A DNA stretch of 64,000 nt, from positions 103,914,001 to 103,978,000 of the forward strand of contig CM052817.1 of assembly GCA_028534125.1 (NCBI GenBank), written 5' to 3'. Position 1 is the stretch's first letter. The number at the start of each line of letters is the position of its first letter. The notes below the pieces were generated by a model, which worked only from the letters and a program-made list of their open reading frames with translations, searched no databases and was not told the DNA's origin. This DNA comes from Lama glama. Lineage: Eukaryota. Below, piece by piece: positions 37,845 through 50,478 of the stretch. The translations under genes and the position numbers were made by a program.

Positions 37845-40733
37845 CCACATATAAATGATATGATATTTATCTTTCTTTGTCTGGCATATTTCATTTAATA
37901 TGAGGATTTCTAGATTCACCTATGTTGCTGCAAATGGCATTATTTGATGCTTTTTATGACTGAGTAATATTCCATTGTACATATATACCCCATCTTCTTT
38001 ATCCATTCATCTGTCAGTGGACACTTAGGTTACTTCCGTGTCTTGGCTATTGTAAATAGTGCTGCTGTCAACATTGAGGTACATGTATCTTTTCCAGTTA
38101 GAGTTTTCTCCAATATAAGCCCAGGAGTGAGATTGAAGAATCATGTGGTAATGCTATTTTTAATTTTTTAAGGAAACTCCATACAGTTCTCCATAGTGAC
38201 TGATCCAATTTACATTCAACCAGTGGTGTAGGAGGGTTCCTTTTTCTCCACACCCTCTCCACCATTTATTATTTGTAGACTTTTAAAATGATGGCCATTC
38301 TGAATGGTGTGAGGTGATACCATATTATAGTTTTGATTTGCATTTCTCTAATAGTTATCAATATTGAGCATTTTTTTGTGTGCTTGTTGACCATCTGCAT
38401 ATCTTCTTTGGAGAATTTGGAGAAATGTCTATTTAGGTCTTCTACCCATTTTTTACTCAGTTATTATTATTATTACTTTGCTATGTTAAGCTGTGTGAGC
38501 TGTGTGCATATTTTGGAAATTAATCTCTTGTCAGTCACATCATTTGCAAATATGTTCTCCCAGTATATAGGTTATCTTTTCATTTTGTTTACTTTCCTAT
38601 GTAATAGCCTTTAAGTTTAATCAGATCCCATTTAAAAATTTTTGCTTTTATTTCCATTATTCTGGGAGATAGACAGATCCAAAAAAAAATTGCTGTGATT
38701 TATGTCAGAGTGTTCTGCCTATGTTTTCCTCTAGGAATTTTAGAATATTCAGCCTTACATTTAAGTCTTTAATCCATTTTGAGTTTATCTTTTCATATGA
38801 TATAAGAGAATGTTCTAATTTCATTGATTTACATGTAGCTGTCCAGTTTGCCTAGCACTGTTTATTGAAGAGGCTGTCTTTTCTCCTTTGCATATTCCTG
38901 CCTTCTTTATTGTAGATTAATTGATCAGAAGTACATAAGTTTATTTCTAGATTCTCTATCCTATTACATTGATCTATATATCTGTGCCAGTACCATACTG
39001 TTTTGATTCCTGTAGCTTTATAGTATAGTCTGGAACCAGACAGCGTGATTCCCCCAGCTCTGTTCTTATTTCTTAAGATTGTTTTGGCTATTCAGGGTCT
39101 TTTGTATTTCCATACAAATTTTAGAATTATTTGTTCCAGTTCTGTGAAAAATGCCATTGATAATGATAGGAATTGCATTGAATTTTTAGATTTTCTTGGA
39201 CGGTATAGTCATTTTAACAATATTGATTCTTCCAATTCAAGAACATATTATGTCTTTCCATCTATTTGTATCATCTTCAATTTCTTTCATCATCTTATTT
39301 TTTCAGATCACAGGTCTTTTTCCTCCTTAGGTAGGCTTATTCCTAGGTATTTTATTCTCTTTGATGTGGTGGTAAATGAGATTGTTTCCTCAATTTCTCT
39401 TCTTGATATTTCATTGTTAGTGTGTAGAAATGCAACAGATTTCTGCATACTAATTTTGTATCCTGCAATTTTACTGAATTCATTGATGAGCCCTAGTAGT
39501 TTTCTGGTAGCATATTTAGGATTTTCTATATATAGTATCATGACATCTGCAAACATTGACAGTTTTACTTCTTTTCCAATTTGGGTACCTTTTATTTCTT
39601 TTTCTTCTCTGATTGCTGTGGCTAGGACTTCCAAAACTATGTTGACTAAAAATGGCAAAAGTAGCATCCTTGTCTTGTTTCTGGATAAAAGTTTATCAAT
39701 GTTGTTTATTTTTCAAAGACCCAGCTTTTAGTTTCATTGATCTTCTCTCTCTCTCTTTTTTTTGTCTTTATTTCATTTATTTCTGGTCTGATCTTTGTGA
39801 TTTCTTTCCCTCTAGTAACTTTGCATATTGTTTGTTCTTTTTGCTTTAGTTGCTTTCGGTGTAAGGTTAGGTTGGCTATTTGAGATTTTTCTTCTTTCCT
39901 GAGGTAAACTTGTATTGTTATATGTATCCTTCTTACAACTGCTTTTGCTGCATCCCATAGGTTTTGGATCATCACATTTTTGTTTTCATTTCTCTAGGTA
40001 TTTTTTGATTTCCTCTTTGATTTTTTAGGTGATCCATTGGTTTGTCTAGTAGCATATTGTTTAGCCTCCATTTATTTGCAGTTTTTGCAGTTTTTTTCTT
40101 GTAGTTGATTTGTAACGTCGTATTGTTGTGGTAGGAAAAGATGCTTGATATGATTTCGGTTTTCTTAAATTTACCAAGGCTTGCTTTGTGGCCCAGCATG
40201 TGATCTTTCCTGGAGAATGTTTCACCTGCACTTGAAAAGAATATTTATTCTGCTTCTTTCAGATGGAATGCTTTATAAATATCAATTAAGTCCATCTGGT
40301 GTAATGTTTCATTTAGGGCCTGTGTTTCTTTATTGATTTTCTGTCTGGATGATGTGGCCATTGATGTAAGTGGGATAGTAAAGACCTCCACTCTTACTGT
40401 GTTACTATCAACTTCTCCTTTAATGTCTGTTAACATTTGCCTTATATATTGAGTGTGCCTATGTTGGGTGCATATATATTTACATTTGTTATATCTTCTT
40501 GGATTGATCATTTAGTCAATATGTAGTGTCTTTATTTGTTTCTTGTAACAGTCTTTTATTTTTTTATTTTTTAAAAAATTTTAAAATATATTTTTATTGA
40601 AGTATGTTGTGTCTATTTCTGGTGTTCAGTCACATAGGAACATATATACATTCACTCTTACATTCTTCATCATAGGCTATAAGATATTTAACATGGTTCC
40701 TTGTGCTATACAGTATAAATTTGTTGTTTATCT

Positions 40734-40771
<38 letters not shown>

Positions 40772-41665
40772 AGTATCTGCAAATCTTGAACTCCCAATTT
40801 ATCCCTTCCCATCCCTTTCCACCCCTGGTAACCATAAGTTTATTTTCTATGTCTGTGAGCCTGTTTCTGTTTTGTAAATACGTTTATTTGTCATTTTTTT
40901 TAGATTCCACATATAAGTGATATCACGTGGTATTTTTCTTTCTCTTTCTGGCTTACTTCACTTAGAATGACATTCTCCAGGTCCATTCATGTTGCTGCAA
41001 ACGGCATTATTTTTTTTTATGGGTGAGTCGTATTCCGTTGTATAAATATACCACAGCTTCTTTATCCAGTCATCTGTTGATGGATATTTCCATGTCCTAG
41101 CTATTGTAAATAACGCTGCTATGAACATTGGGGTGCATGTGTCTTTTTGAATTAAGTTTCCCTCTGGATATATGCCCAGGAGTGGGATTGCTGGATCATA
41201 TGGTAAATCTATTTTTAGTTTTTTGTGGAATCTCCATACTGTTTTCAATAATGGCTGCACCAAACTACATTCCCACCAACAGTGTAGAAAGGTTCCCTTT
41301 TCTCCACACCCTCTCCAGCATTTGTCATTTATGGACTTTTGAATGATGGCCATTCTGACTGGTGTGAGGCGTTACTCATTGTAGGTTTGATTTGCATTTC
41401 TCTGGAGTCTTTATTTTAAAGTCTGCTTTGTCTGATGTAAGTATTGCTATTTGAGCTTTCTTTTGATTTCCATTTGCATGGACTACCTCATCTATCCTCT
41501 CACTTTCAGTCTGTATGTGTACCTAGATCTGAAGTAGGTCTTTTATAGGCAGCATATACATGGGTCCTGTTTTTGTATCCATTCAGCCAGTCTTTGTCTT
41601 TCGTTTGGAGCATTTAGTCCATTCACATTTAAAGTAATTATCAATATGTATGCTCCTATTGCCAT
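37845..41665 (-). pseudogene. L1 ORF2 remnant (endonuclease, RT, C-terminus), broken
   Basis: Starts MAIGAYILIITLNVNGLNAP at 41665; [37 protein letters not shown]; stops, frameshifts, nested insertion and internal deletion. The end near 37845 is approximate. Confidence 0.9.
40563..41405 (-). mobile_element. Younger 5'-truncated L1 nested in the host L1 endonuclease region
   Basis: ORF 40958-41353 has [18 protein letters not shown] (ORF2 cysteine-rich region); TSD agtcttt(t)atttt at 40550-40562 and 41406-41417, at a TTTT/AAA site. Confidence 0.93.
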
Positions 41666-42146
41666 TTTGTTAATTGTTTTGGATTTGTTTTTGTAGGTCT
41701 TTCCCCTACTCTTGTTTTGTTTTTTTTCTCTTGTGAGTTAATGACTATCTTTAGTGTTATGGTTAGATTCCTTTTCCTTTTTTGATGTGTATAACCATTA
41801 TAGATTTTTGTCTTGTGATTATCATGAGGTTTTTGTGTAGCATTTGATGTATATACATCCTTTTTTCAAGTCATTAATCTCAATTTCAAGTGCATTTTAA
41901 ATATTCTACATTTGTACTCTCCTTCCCTCACAATTACTGATTTTGATATTATATTTTACACTTAATTGTCTGTGCATCACTTAACTGCTTATTGTGGATA
42001 CAGATGATTTTTACTGGTTTGTCTTTTAACTTCCCTACTATCTTTGTGTGTGGATGATTTCCTACCTTTACTGTATATTTGGCTTTGCAGCGGACTTTTC
42101 CATTTTGTTTTTTTCTTATTTCTAGTTGTGGTCTTTTCAGTTTCAC

Positions 42147-43036
42147 CTAGAGAAGTTCCTTTAGCATTTGTTATAAAGCTGGCTTAGTGGTGCTGAATTA
42201 TTTTAGCTTTAGTTTGTCTCTAAAGCTTTTGACTTCTCCATCAAATCTGAATGAGGGCCTTGCTGGAAAGTGTATCCTAAGTTTCAGGTTTTGTCCCTTT
42301 CAGCACTTTGATTGTATCATTCCTCTCCCTTCTTGCCAGTAGAGTTTCTGCTGAAAACTCAGCTGATAGACTTATTGGAGTTCCCTTGTATGTTATTTGT
42401 TGCTTTTCCCTTGTTGCTTTTTAACATTATCTCTTTATATTTAATTTTTGTCACTTTGATTACAGTGTGTCTTGGTCTATTCCTCTTTGGGTTAATCTAG
42501 TATGGGACTCTTCATGCTTCCTGGACTTGACTGTTTCCTCTCCCAGATAAGGGAAGTTTTCAGTTATTATCTCTTCAAATATTTTCTCAGGCCCTTTCTC
42601 TCTCCCTTCTCCTTCTGGGATCCCTATAATGTGAGCATTGTTGCACTTGATGTTGTTGTGGAGGTCTTTGAAACTGTCCTAAATTCTTTTTATTCTTTAT
42701 TCTTTTTTCTGTTTAGCAGCAGTGATTTGCACTACTCTGCCTTCCAGTTCACTGATCTGTTCCTCTGCCGCATTTAGTCTACTGTTGATTCCTTCCAGTG
42801 TACTTCGGTTATTGTATTTTTTAGTTCTGTCAGTTGTTTATATTTTCTGACTCTTTGTTAAAATCTTTGAACTTTTCACTCTGTGTATCCATTCTCCTCT
42901 TGAGTTCTTTGATCATCTTTACAGTCCTTTCTCTGAATTCTTTCTTAGATGTATTGCCTATCTCCACATCACTTAATTTCTCTTCTGGGGTTTTATCTTG
43001 TTCCTTTGTCTGAAACACATTCCTCTGTCACCTCAT
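42147..43036 (-). pseudogene. L1 ORF1 remnant
   Basis: ATG at 43036 reads MR*QRNVFQTKEQDKTPEEKLSDVEIG...; ends ...QMLKELL* at 42147; disrupted. Confidence 0.88.
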
Positions 43037-44165
43037 TTTGTCCAAATTGCTATTTTTTATTTTTATATATGTGGTAGGTTAGTTATGTTTCTTGACCTTG
43101 GAGAAATGACCCTCCGAAGGAGACATCCTATGAGTCCCAGCAGTGCACTCTCCTCTCATCACCCAAGGGACCAGGGACCAGCTGATTCCTGCGTAGTGTC
43201 TGGCCTGCGTTTGCAGTTTGTATTTTTCTTGCTTCTGGTGTCTGCCCCCTTGGTGGGTGAGGCTGGTCCAGAGGCTTGTGGAGGTGTCCTGGTAGGAGGG
43301 GCTGGGTCCTGCCCACCAAAATGGGTGGAGCTGGGTCTTGGCCCTCTGGTGGGCAGGGCTATGTCTGTAGGCAGCCTGTCTGCTGATGGGTGGTGGTGTT
43401 TTCCTGCCTAGTTTGTTGTTTGACCTGAGGCATCTCAGCATCAGAGCCCACAGGCTGTTGGGTGGGGCCATGTCTTGATGCCAAGATGTCAGTGTCCAGG
43501 AGAGTTCATACAGATGAAGGACCCTCAGTATGTGCACCACCAGTGTTGATGTCCCCAGGGTGAGCCACAGCTGCCCACTGCCTCACCAGGCAAAAAAGCC
43601 TAGCAGGTAGGTCTTGCCCGCAGTCCAGTGAAATTACTGCTTTTGCCCATGGTCCCAGCATACATGAGATTTTGTGTGTCCTTTAAGAGTGAACTCTGTT
43701 TCCCCCAGTTCTGTGGAGATCCTGCAGTCAACCTCTGCTGGCCTTCAAAGCCAAATGCTCTGGGGGCTCCTCTTTCTGGTGCTGGACCACTGGGATGGGG
43801 AGCCTGACACGGGGCTCAGAATCCTCATTCCTGTGGAAAAACCTCTGTAATATAATTATTCTCTAGTTTGTGGTTTGCCCACCCAAGGGGTATGGGATTT
43901 GACTATGTCACAATCAGCAACACTCCCCCCACACCTGTCATGTTGTGATTCCTTCTTAATGTCTTTATTTCTAGATCTTTTCTGGAATGTTCTAGTCTTT
44001 TTCATCAATGATTGTTCTGCAGTTAGTTGTGATTTTGGTGTGCCCATGAGGAATTGAATTTAAGGTCCTTCTCTGCCATCTTAGCTGCTTCAAGAGAGTT
44101 TTTATTGCCTTCGCATGGGTAGACTTAGTTATGGCCTGTGTCATTCCTGTTGGCAGTACAACTGG

Positions 44166-44166
<1 letters not shown>

Positions 44167-44208
<42 letters not shown>
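44167..44208. repeat. (TA)21 microsatellite
   Basis: Uninterrupted TA run. Confidence 0.95.
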
Positions 44209-44212
<4 letters not shown>

Positions 44213-45122
44213 TGGCAAATTATAACAAACCACATGAAAAGCATTTGAGAAGGAAAGTGATTGCTATATGTTACCTGAGAACTGTTCATTGACATCTTCT
44301 GGTAAGATCAAGAAAGAACCAGCATCACAACCTGTAGTGTGGGTGTAAGAAGCCTGGGAGAGTACTCGAACTCTCTTTAAGAACTGTTGCTTCACTAATC
44401 TCCTTGGTGGCACAGAGGATCATTTTGTATGGGGGAGAAAAAAACAACATTGATCACATTGAATTGTAAAGTGTTTCAGAGGATTTAGACTCTGAATGAA
44501 AAAATTTTAGAAATACTCTTGAACAATTTATTTTGCATATATTTTCAACAGGGGTTAGTAGAAATCTATGTATAAGTAAATCTAAATTAGCCTTTTCAAT
44601 AGGATACAATAAATATTCTACATGACAACAAATTACAAGGTCAAAGTTTTAAATAGCAGATGTGGCTTTTTCCTCCTTAGTGGCAAATAAAATAACAAGA
44701 AATTCATAATTTATGGCATCTTAAATTTAATCAAATACGATAAATTTCTAGTAGCTGGATCTATGTAAACCAGAATCATTCTTAAAGTTAGTACTTTGGC
44801 AAAATTTATAAGACAGCATCAATAATATATTTGGGATGAATGAATGAATGGATTATAGTACCTATAAATAATATTAAAGTACCTGAGAAAATCAAATATA
44901 TTTAAAGAATCTCTGAATTATCAAGGAAATACGGAATTAAGTTCAAATAAATAATTGTATTATATTGCATTTAAAATAGTAATCCAGACATCACTCTTTA
45001 CAAGTCAGATTTTGTTTTTACTAAAACAGTGATTCGGCAAACCAGTAGTTTAAACAAAATTTATTGAGTTTAAATTCATAATACTACAAATAACATGAAA
45101 TCAATGATTTTACTTATGTGTA

Positions 45123-45616
45123 CAGATCTTCCTCGATTTTCCATGAGGTTACATCCCAATAAAACCGTTGTAAATTGAGAATATAGTCAAAAACGCATTG
45201 AGTACATGTAACCTACTGAACATCACCCCTAACCTAGCCTACTTTAAACATGCTCAGAACGCTTACATTAGCCTGTAGTTGGCCAAAAGCATTTAACAGA
45301 AAGCCTGTTTTATAATAAAGTGTTGAATGTCTCATGTAATTGATTGAATACCATTCAGAAAGTGAAAAAACAGAACGGATGTCAGGGTCTAGAATGGTGG
45401 TAAGTGTGTCAGTTTTTTCCCCTTGTATCCATGATTGGCTGGGAGCTGCATCTCACTGCCACTGCCCAGCATCACTAGAGAGGATGGAAATACACATCAC
45501 CAGCCCAGGAAAAGATGGAAATTTAAAGCTCGGCATTCAAAGTGAGGTTTCTACTGAGTGTGTCTAGCTTTCTCACCATCATAAAGTTGAACCATTGTTA
45601 AGCTGAGGACCGTCTG
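45123..45616 (+). mobile_element. Tigger5/MER47-family non-autonomous DNA transposon, both ends present
   Basis: TA|cagatcttcctcga...tgaggaccgtctg|TA; internal ctcagaacgcttacattagcct and ggctgggagctgc...ctgcccagcatc match remembered MER47/Tigger5 derivatives. Confidence 0.9.
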
Positions 45617-46629
45617 TAAGTGAAAATCTATTACTTTAGATCTTTCCTGAAACAGACTTCCTCTTGTATTACTTCAATGTAGATTTATCTCAGGGATCAA
45701 GACATTTGTTTGATCTGTTGAATTATAAAAATCAGAATGGAAAAGCTATAAGCAATCTTTCACAAATTCTTAAGGATTTAAAAATTATAATCTGAGGATG
45801 TGCTTTATTGTCAGCAGAGTTTTGAGTCCTCTGATCCTTAATCGTATTTTCGGAGCTACTGAGTATTTTTTTTTTTAAGTTTCAGTGTAAAAACTAAGAT
45901 AAATAATTGTAATACTATAGATCATCGTATTAAAAAACATGTCTACTTAAAAAGATTAACACATTTAAAGGCTTGAAATAAGATTCTGGTGGCATATTTG
46001 TAACTAAAGTTATTTTGATATATCTTCTTTGTCCTTGTTGAAAAATGCATATATTTCTAGAGGTGAAATAAAAATAGATTTTAAGGATAATTTTTCATGA
46101 TCTTTCCTTCATGGGCTATTACATGACAATTTGAGATACTGAGTACAAAACCAGTTCTTAGCTTGCACAGAAATAAAGAATGAATCCTTTTCAAGTTATT
46201 TTCATTATTTGACAGCATTTTCCTCTTTGAATTATATGATTAAATATTCATCAATGCATTTTATCTTTAAGCTACATAATTGAAATTTTAATTTATAGAT
46301 TATTAGCAAAAATTAGGCAAGAAAATAAGAATATACATCTGGAGAAGGGAAATTCTTGAGTTCTTAACTTCTGAAGCAGTCTTTTTTCCTCCCAATTGTG
46401 ATTTTAATTTAATGACATCGCGAGAGTTTAGAACGGAGAGAATCAGTTTTTGAACTTGGGAATGATTATGAATATAAATGCCTGACTTGAAAAGCAGCTT
46501 TAGTAAGCCTCAAAAGTTTATATAACATTTTTGTAATGCAGTATCTTCTTTTTGTTTCAATTGATGAAACTTCAAAGATGTAGGAAATAATAGGTAGGTC
46601 TCCTTGATTTTTTAATCTTGGAGACATCA

Positions 46630-47250
46630 TTATTCATCCATTCGTCAGACTTGTACTGCGAGACTGGCTAGCCCCAGGGACAAGTGAAGATGCCAGGAAT
46701 GCCCCTGACTTGAAAGAGTACATCTGTTAGTGGGGAAGACATATATGCAGATAAATAGCTCCAATCCCCCGTGTGTGAATGCTGCTATAGAGACGAAGCA
46801 ATGTGCTTCAGGACACAGGGAAAGACATCGTCGTGTGTGATGAAGGATTTCAGAACAATTACAGAGAGAGGGGTAAAGCAAGAGAAGACATAAGAAAATT
46901 CTGCGAAGGCATAGACTTATTAGGAGATAGCAGGTCATTTGTTATGGCAGAAGTATTCACCCTAGTGGTAGGCAAGGCCAGAAAGACAGACTGTGATTAG
47001 AGGATAAAGAGCTAAGTATTTTGATCTTTATGTTTATAGTGATGATAAACCACTGAAATGTTTAATGTATGGTACGATATGTCAGATTTTTGAAAGGTCT
47101 TTATAAGAACAGGATTGAGGGTGGAGTGGTGGAGAGTGATCAGAGACATGAAGACTTGTAGCCTATGAAAGTCTGATCAACTGTGATGTAAGGGAGGTGG
47201 ACGGCCAAAGTTGATTCTGTTATTGCTTCAGTCAGGGGAATGATGGCCTG
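46630..47250 (-). mobile_element. L2 fragment
   Basis: attcatccattc tail, then ccactgaaatgtttaat...gatgtaagggagg...atgatggcctgaa; approximate. Confidence 0.6.
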
Positions 47251-47761
47251 AAAAGAAAGTCTGTTTTTTCTAATCAGTCCCCAAAGCTCACTGACTTCCC
47301 TCCTGCAACCCGTTACTTCCTTCCATTCACACAAAACTGGCTACATCAATGAAAATATGTTTGCAAGTCAAATCCTACTATAAAAAATGTTTCATAATGA
47401 GTATAAAACCCCAGGTAATGATCAGTATATTTCATGTTCATTTCAAAAACACCTTCAAAATCCAACTTAACAAAAAATCTAAAACCACCTATAAAACCAG
47501 AGTATCAAGCTGCACAGAAATCCTTCCTAAGGCTGAGGCCACACTTGGAAGTTCCCAGACCTCCTGGGACTGATACCAAATAGCACCAGGAGTGGGAGTC
47601 ACTTACTGTTCATCATTGTTTGGCTCCAGTGCAGAAAGCCCAGTTACTAGTGTTTGTTTTATATAAATGAGCTTTGATACACATGCAGCCAGAAAAATAT
47701 CTATAGAAAATAAATGAGGACATCAACTTAATTAGGATAAATTTTCACATAATTTATTTAC

Positions 47762-47865
47762 CAAAAAAACCCCAAATAAACCAACAAAAAACAGTATAGC
47801 AAATACCAAAACAAACAAAACAAACAAAAAAAGCAAAACAAAAACAAACAAAAAAACAAACCCCA
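47762..47865. repeat. Imperfect (AAAAC)n A-rich simple repeat
   Basis: Visible directly. Confidence 0.85.
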
Positions 47866-48606
47866 AATCCATTAAGTATTTTATCTGGAACATTCAAGAT
47901 TTAAGTAGTTTTTATCTAACTAATTCTAGCAAGTGCAATGAAACACTTTGGATAGTCAAGAAATGAGAGAGTGTTGGAAGTAATAGCAAGTAATAGGATT
48001 AGTTCCTAAGTCTTGTCTATTGATTGAGAGCTAAATTGATATATACTTCAATGGCAGTGAGTTACAAATGTTAAGTGATTTTTGAGAACTTCATGGTGAA
48101 ACTCTGCACATTTACCCTGAGTCTGTCCCAACGATTTCAAAAGGACTCCACTCATGAATAGAGCAGGTCTCTAGAAAGTGGTCAGAGATGACAATTTCAC
48201 TGGTGCTTACATTATAATATGACTATGAGGAGAGAATCATGATTATTGGATGGGAGGGAAATCTCTCTTGTATTTGTTATCTTTTATGATATTTCATCTG
48301 GCTTGATGACTTTTTTATCTTCATTCACAATTGGTTTTGATCCATTTTGCGTTCATACCTAGCAATTTGTCATTCTGTTTATTTCCTTTTCAATTTCTTG
48401 TTCATACAGATAATTCTTTCATAATGCTGAACTCCACCACAGTCTTATCTCCACCCTTAGGAGGAACTCTGACCCACATGGCTGTTGCTAAAAGCCCTTG
48501 GCAACATTTGCCTTCCTGTTTCACTTCATTTCTTGGAATTAATTCCCATAGGTTAGCTTTTCTAACCCCTACTGAAAATACTCATTTTAAAAATTAAAAA
48601 TTTGCA

Positions 48607-48747
48607 GGGAGAGGGTATATCTCAGGAGTAGAGTGCGTGCTTAGCATGCACAAGGTCCTGGGTTCAATCCCCAGTGCCTCCATTGAGAAGTAAAGAAAGA
48701 AAGGAAGAAATAAACCAAATTATCTTCCTCTGAAAATTAAAAAAAAA
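48607..48747 (+). mobile_element. Vic-1-like SINE
   Basis: gagggtatatctcaggagtagagtgcgtgcttagcatgcacaaggtcctgggttcaatccccagt plus A-rich tail; TSD unclear. Confidence 0.92.
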
Positions 48748-50295
48748 TTCTTTGAATTTTAATCTATTTTAAAGTATTCTTAGTAGTTCTGGCTCTTGTG
48801 GTAAGATTTTTTTTATGTCTGCCTGTCTTTATCCTTTGCACAGTGACATTGGCTGCTTCTGAAGTTCATGAAAACTCAGACCTCAACACTGAGTCTCTTA
48901 CCTTGAGAATTTGCAAGCCAGGATTTCCAACGATACGGATTCATGGATTTAATCTTTGCCTGTGACATTTCTGTTTCCTTCTCACACCCACACAACATTT
49001 CTTTTTTAGGTACTCATAATCTTCCCATAGCAGCCCAAGTTAAAATTATATCTTTTTTTTTCTGGACCAGTTTATATTAACAGTTGTAGAATTCGTTTTA
49101 GTGTGCTCTGATTTTTAGCTTCTCTGGGAAATATATCACTGCAATCTAATGGTTTAGTAACAAATTTCTAAGAACTTTTTTCCACATGCAACGCCTTAAA
49201 TAATACAGTTAACAAGGAACTATTCTCAAGTGACCTTCAGGAATTCTTATGAAGACAAAGACGATAGGTTAGTTTTTATGCTGTGCCAGCACCGCTTACA
49301 CCACAAGGGCGAAAAAGATGTGTTTCTTTTGCACATCCTGAAGTGAGAGATATTGTGAAGATCTCGAAATCTGAATAAAGGATTACTTCTCATTTAAGTC
49401 CTGTTAAAGCTGCACATAACACAGCCAGGGAGAGTGGGGTAGTCTCAGTGATTTACTAATTTGACTGACTGATTGTAAGGACTGCTTTAGAGAATATTCT
49501 CTTAATCAAGACAGCCAGTGCCAAGTCCACTGTTTTGAAACTGAGGCTCTGTTATCACATGACTACTCCGTCTTAATCTGTGTTGTCAGTTAGCTTCTAC
49601 TGGAGGCTGTCCTTTGGAGTGACAGGCAAGGAACCTGACAGGGAAAATGATGTCAGATAGTCCTTGACTATTTGCCCTTAAAGTGAGTTCATTTTCTATA
49701 AAGATGGGTTATTTGTACCTTGTTTCCACTCTGATGAAATATTTGGCACATACTTAACTATTGATAACAGTGACTTTGCATAACCTTTGACCTGAGCTAT
49801 TAAAGACCTTTAATGCAGACTTACACCATTTTGCATTTTATACAATGTAATTTTATACACACACATGCACACCTATGACGTAACATGTATCATAGCATAA
49901 TATAACATCTGCACATATAAATAATACATAAAATCATCTAACAAATGTTTTCATGATCTTTAAGGAGGGATTAACATTCATAATACCAAGGAATTGAGTC
50001 AATTTTTCTGGGTGCCTCTAAAGCTTTGTATATTTTCTAAAGAAATTTGTTATTCTGGGAAAATAGTTGGAACAACTGATGCAGTAATTGTAAGTTAATT
50101 GACATTAAACATTACCAAAATGTGAATAAATTTCTAGGTAGTAGCTAGTTTCAAGGATGTTGAGGGATTGATAAAAGAAAACAAAAGATACAGTTCACTG
50201 ACTGTTGGATTCACATTTTTAATACAGTAATGGTCATATGGAGAGGGAAAAATTTAACTTTAAAAAAAATGTAATGCTGTATATTGATTTCTGTG

Positions 50296-50478
50296 TATGG
50301 TTGCCAGGTAAAATTCAAGAGGTCCAGTGAATTTAACTTTCAGATAAATAAGTAATAATTCTTTGTGTGGACGTATGCGATATTTGGTTACATTATACTA
50401 AAAAAAAATTCCTGGTTAATCTGAAATTCAGATGTAACTGGGTGTTCTGTATTTTTATTTGCTAAATCTGTGCATAAT
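50296..50478 (+). mobile_element. MER53 palindromic MITE
   Basis: ggttgccaggtaaaat...ccagt...tttcagataa / taatctgaaattcagatgtaactggg...tatttttatttgctaaatctg. Confidence 0.85.

Larger units (their letters stand above)
37418..44093 (-). mobile_element. End-to-end LINE-1 (5' UTR, ORF1, long spacer, ORF2 with internal deletion, 3' UTR), inactive
   Basis: 5' end aagatggcagag (reverse complement of about 44071-44082), GC-rich 5' UTR, ORF1 and ORF2 remnants, 3' UTR microsatellite; 10-bp TSD gagagttttt at 37408-37417 and 44094-44103 followed by A (L1 endonuclease-type TTTT/A). Confidence 0.95.
37310..44740. mobile_element. Tigger12-like TcMar DNA transposon split by the large L1 (pieces about 37310-37417 and 44104-44740)
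   Basis: Left end ctgttttatattgattctaagatgcac and right end gcatcttaaatttaatcaaatacga(ta) are diverged inverted repeats; subterminal ccttagtggcaaataaaataa resembles remembered Tigger12. Confidence 0.6.

Noticed and set aside
39045..39731. Longest ORF in the track (228 aa, +)
   Set aside because: Antisense reading of L1 ORF2, a common artefact; 13371-13838 is the same case.
42998..43540. 137-153 aa ORFs in the L1 5' UTR as ORF0-like genes
   Set aside because: GC-rich UTR is stop-poor, starts are non-ATG, and there is no evidence of conservation.
49288..49312. CTCF-like caccacaagggcg
   Set aside because: Needs a gap to fit the core consensus.
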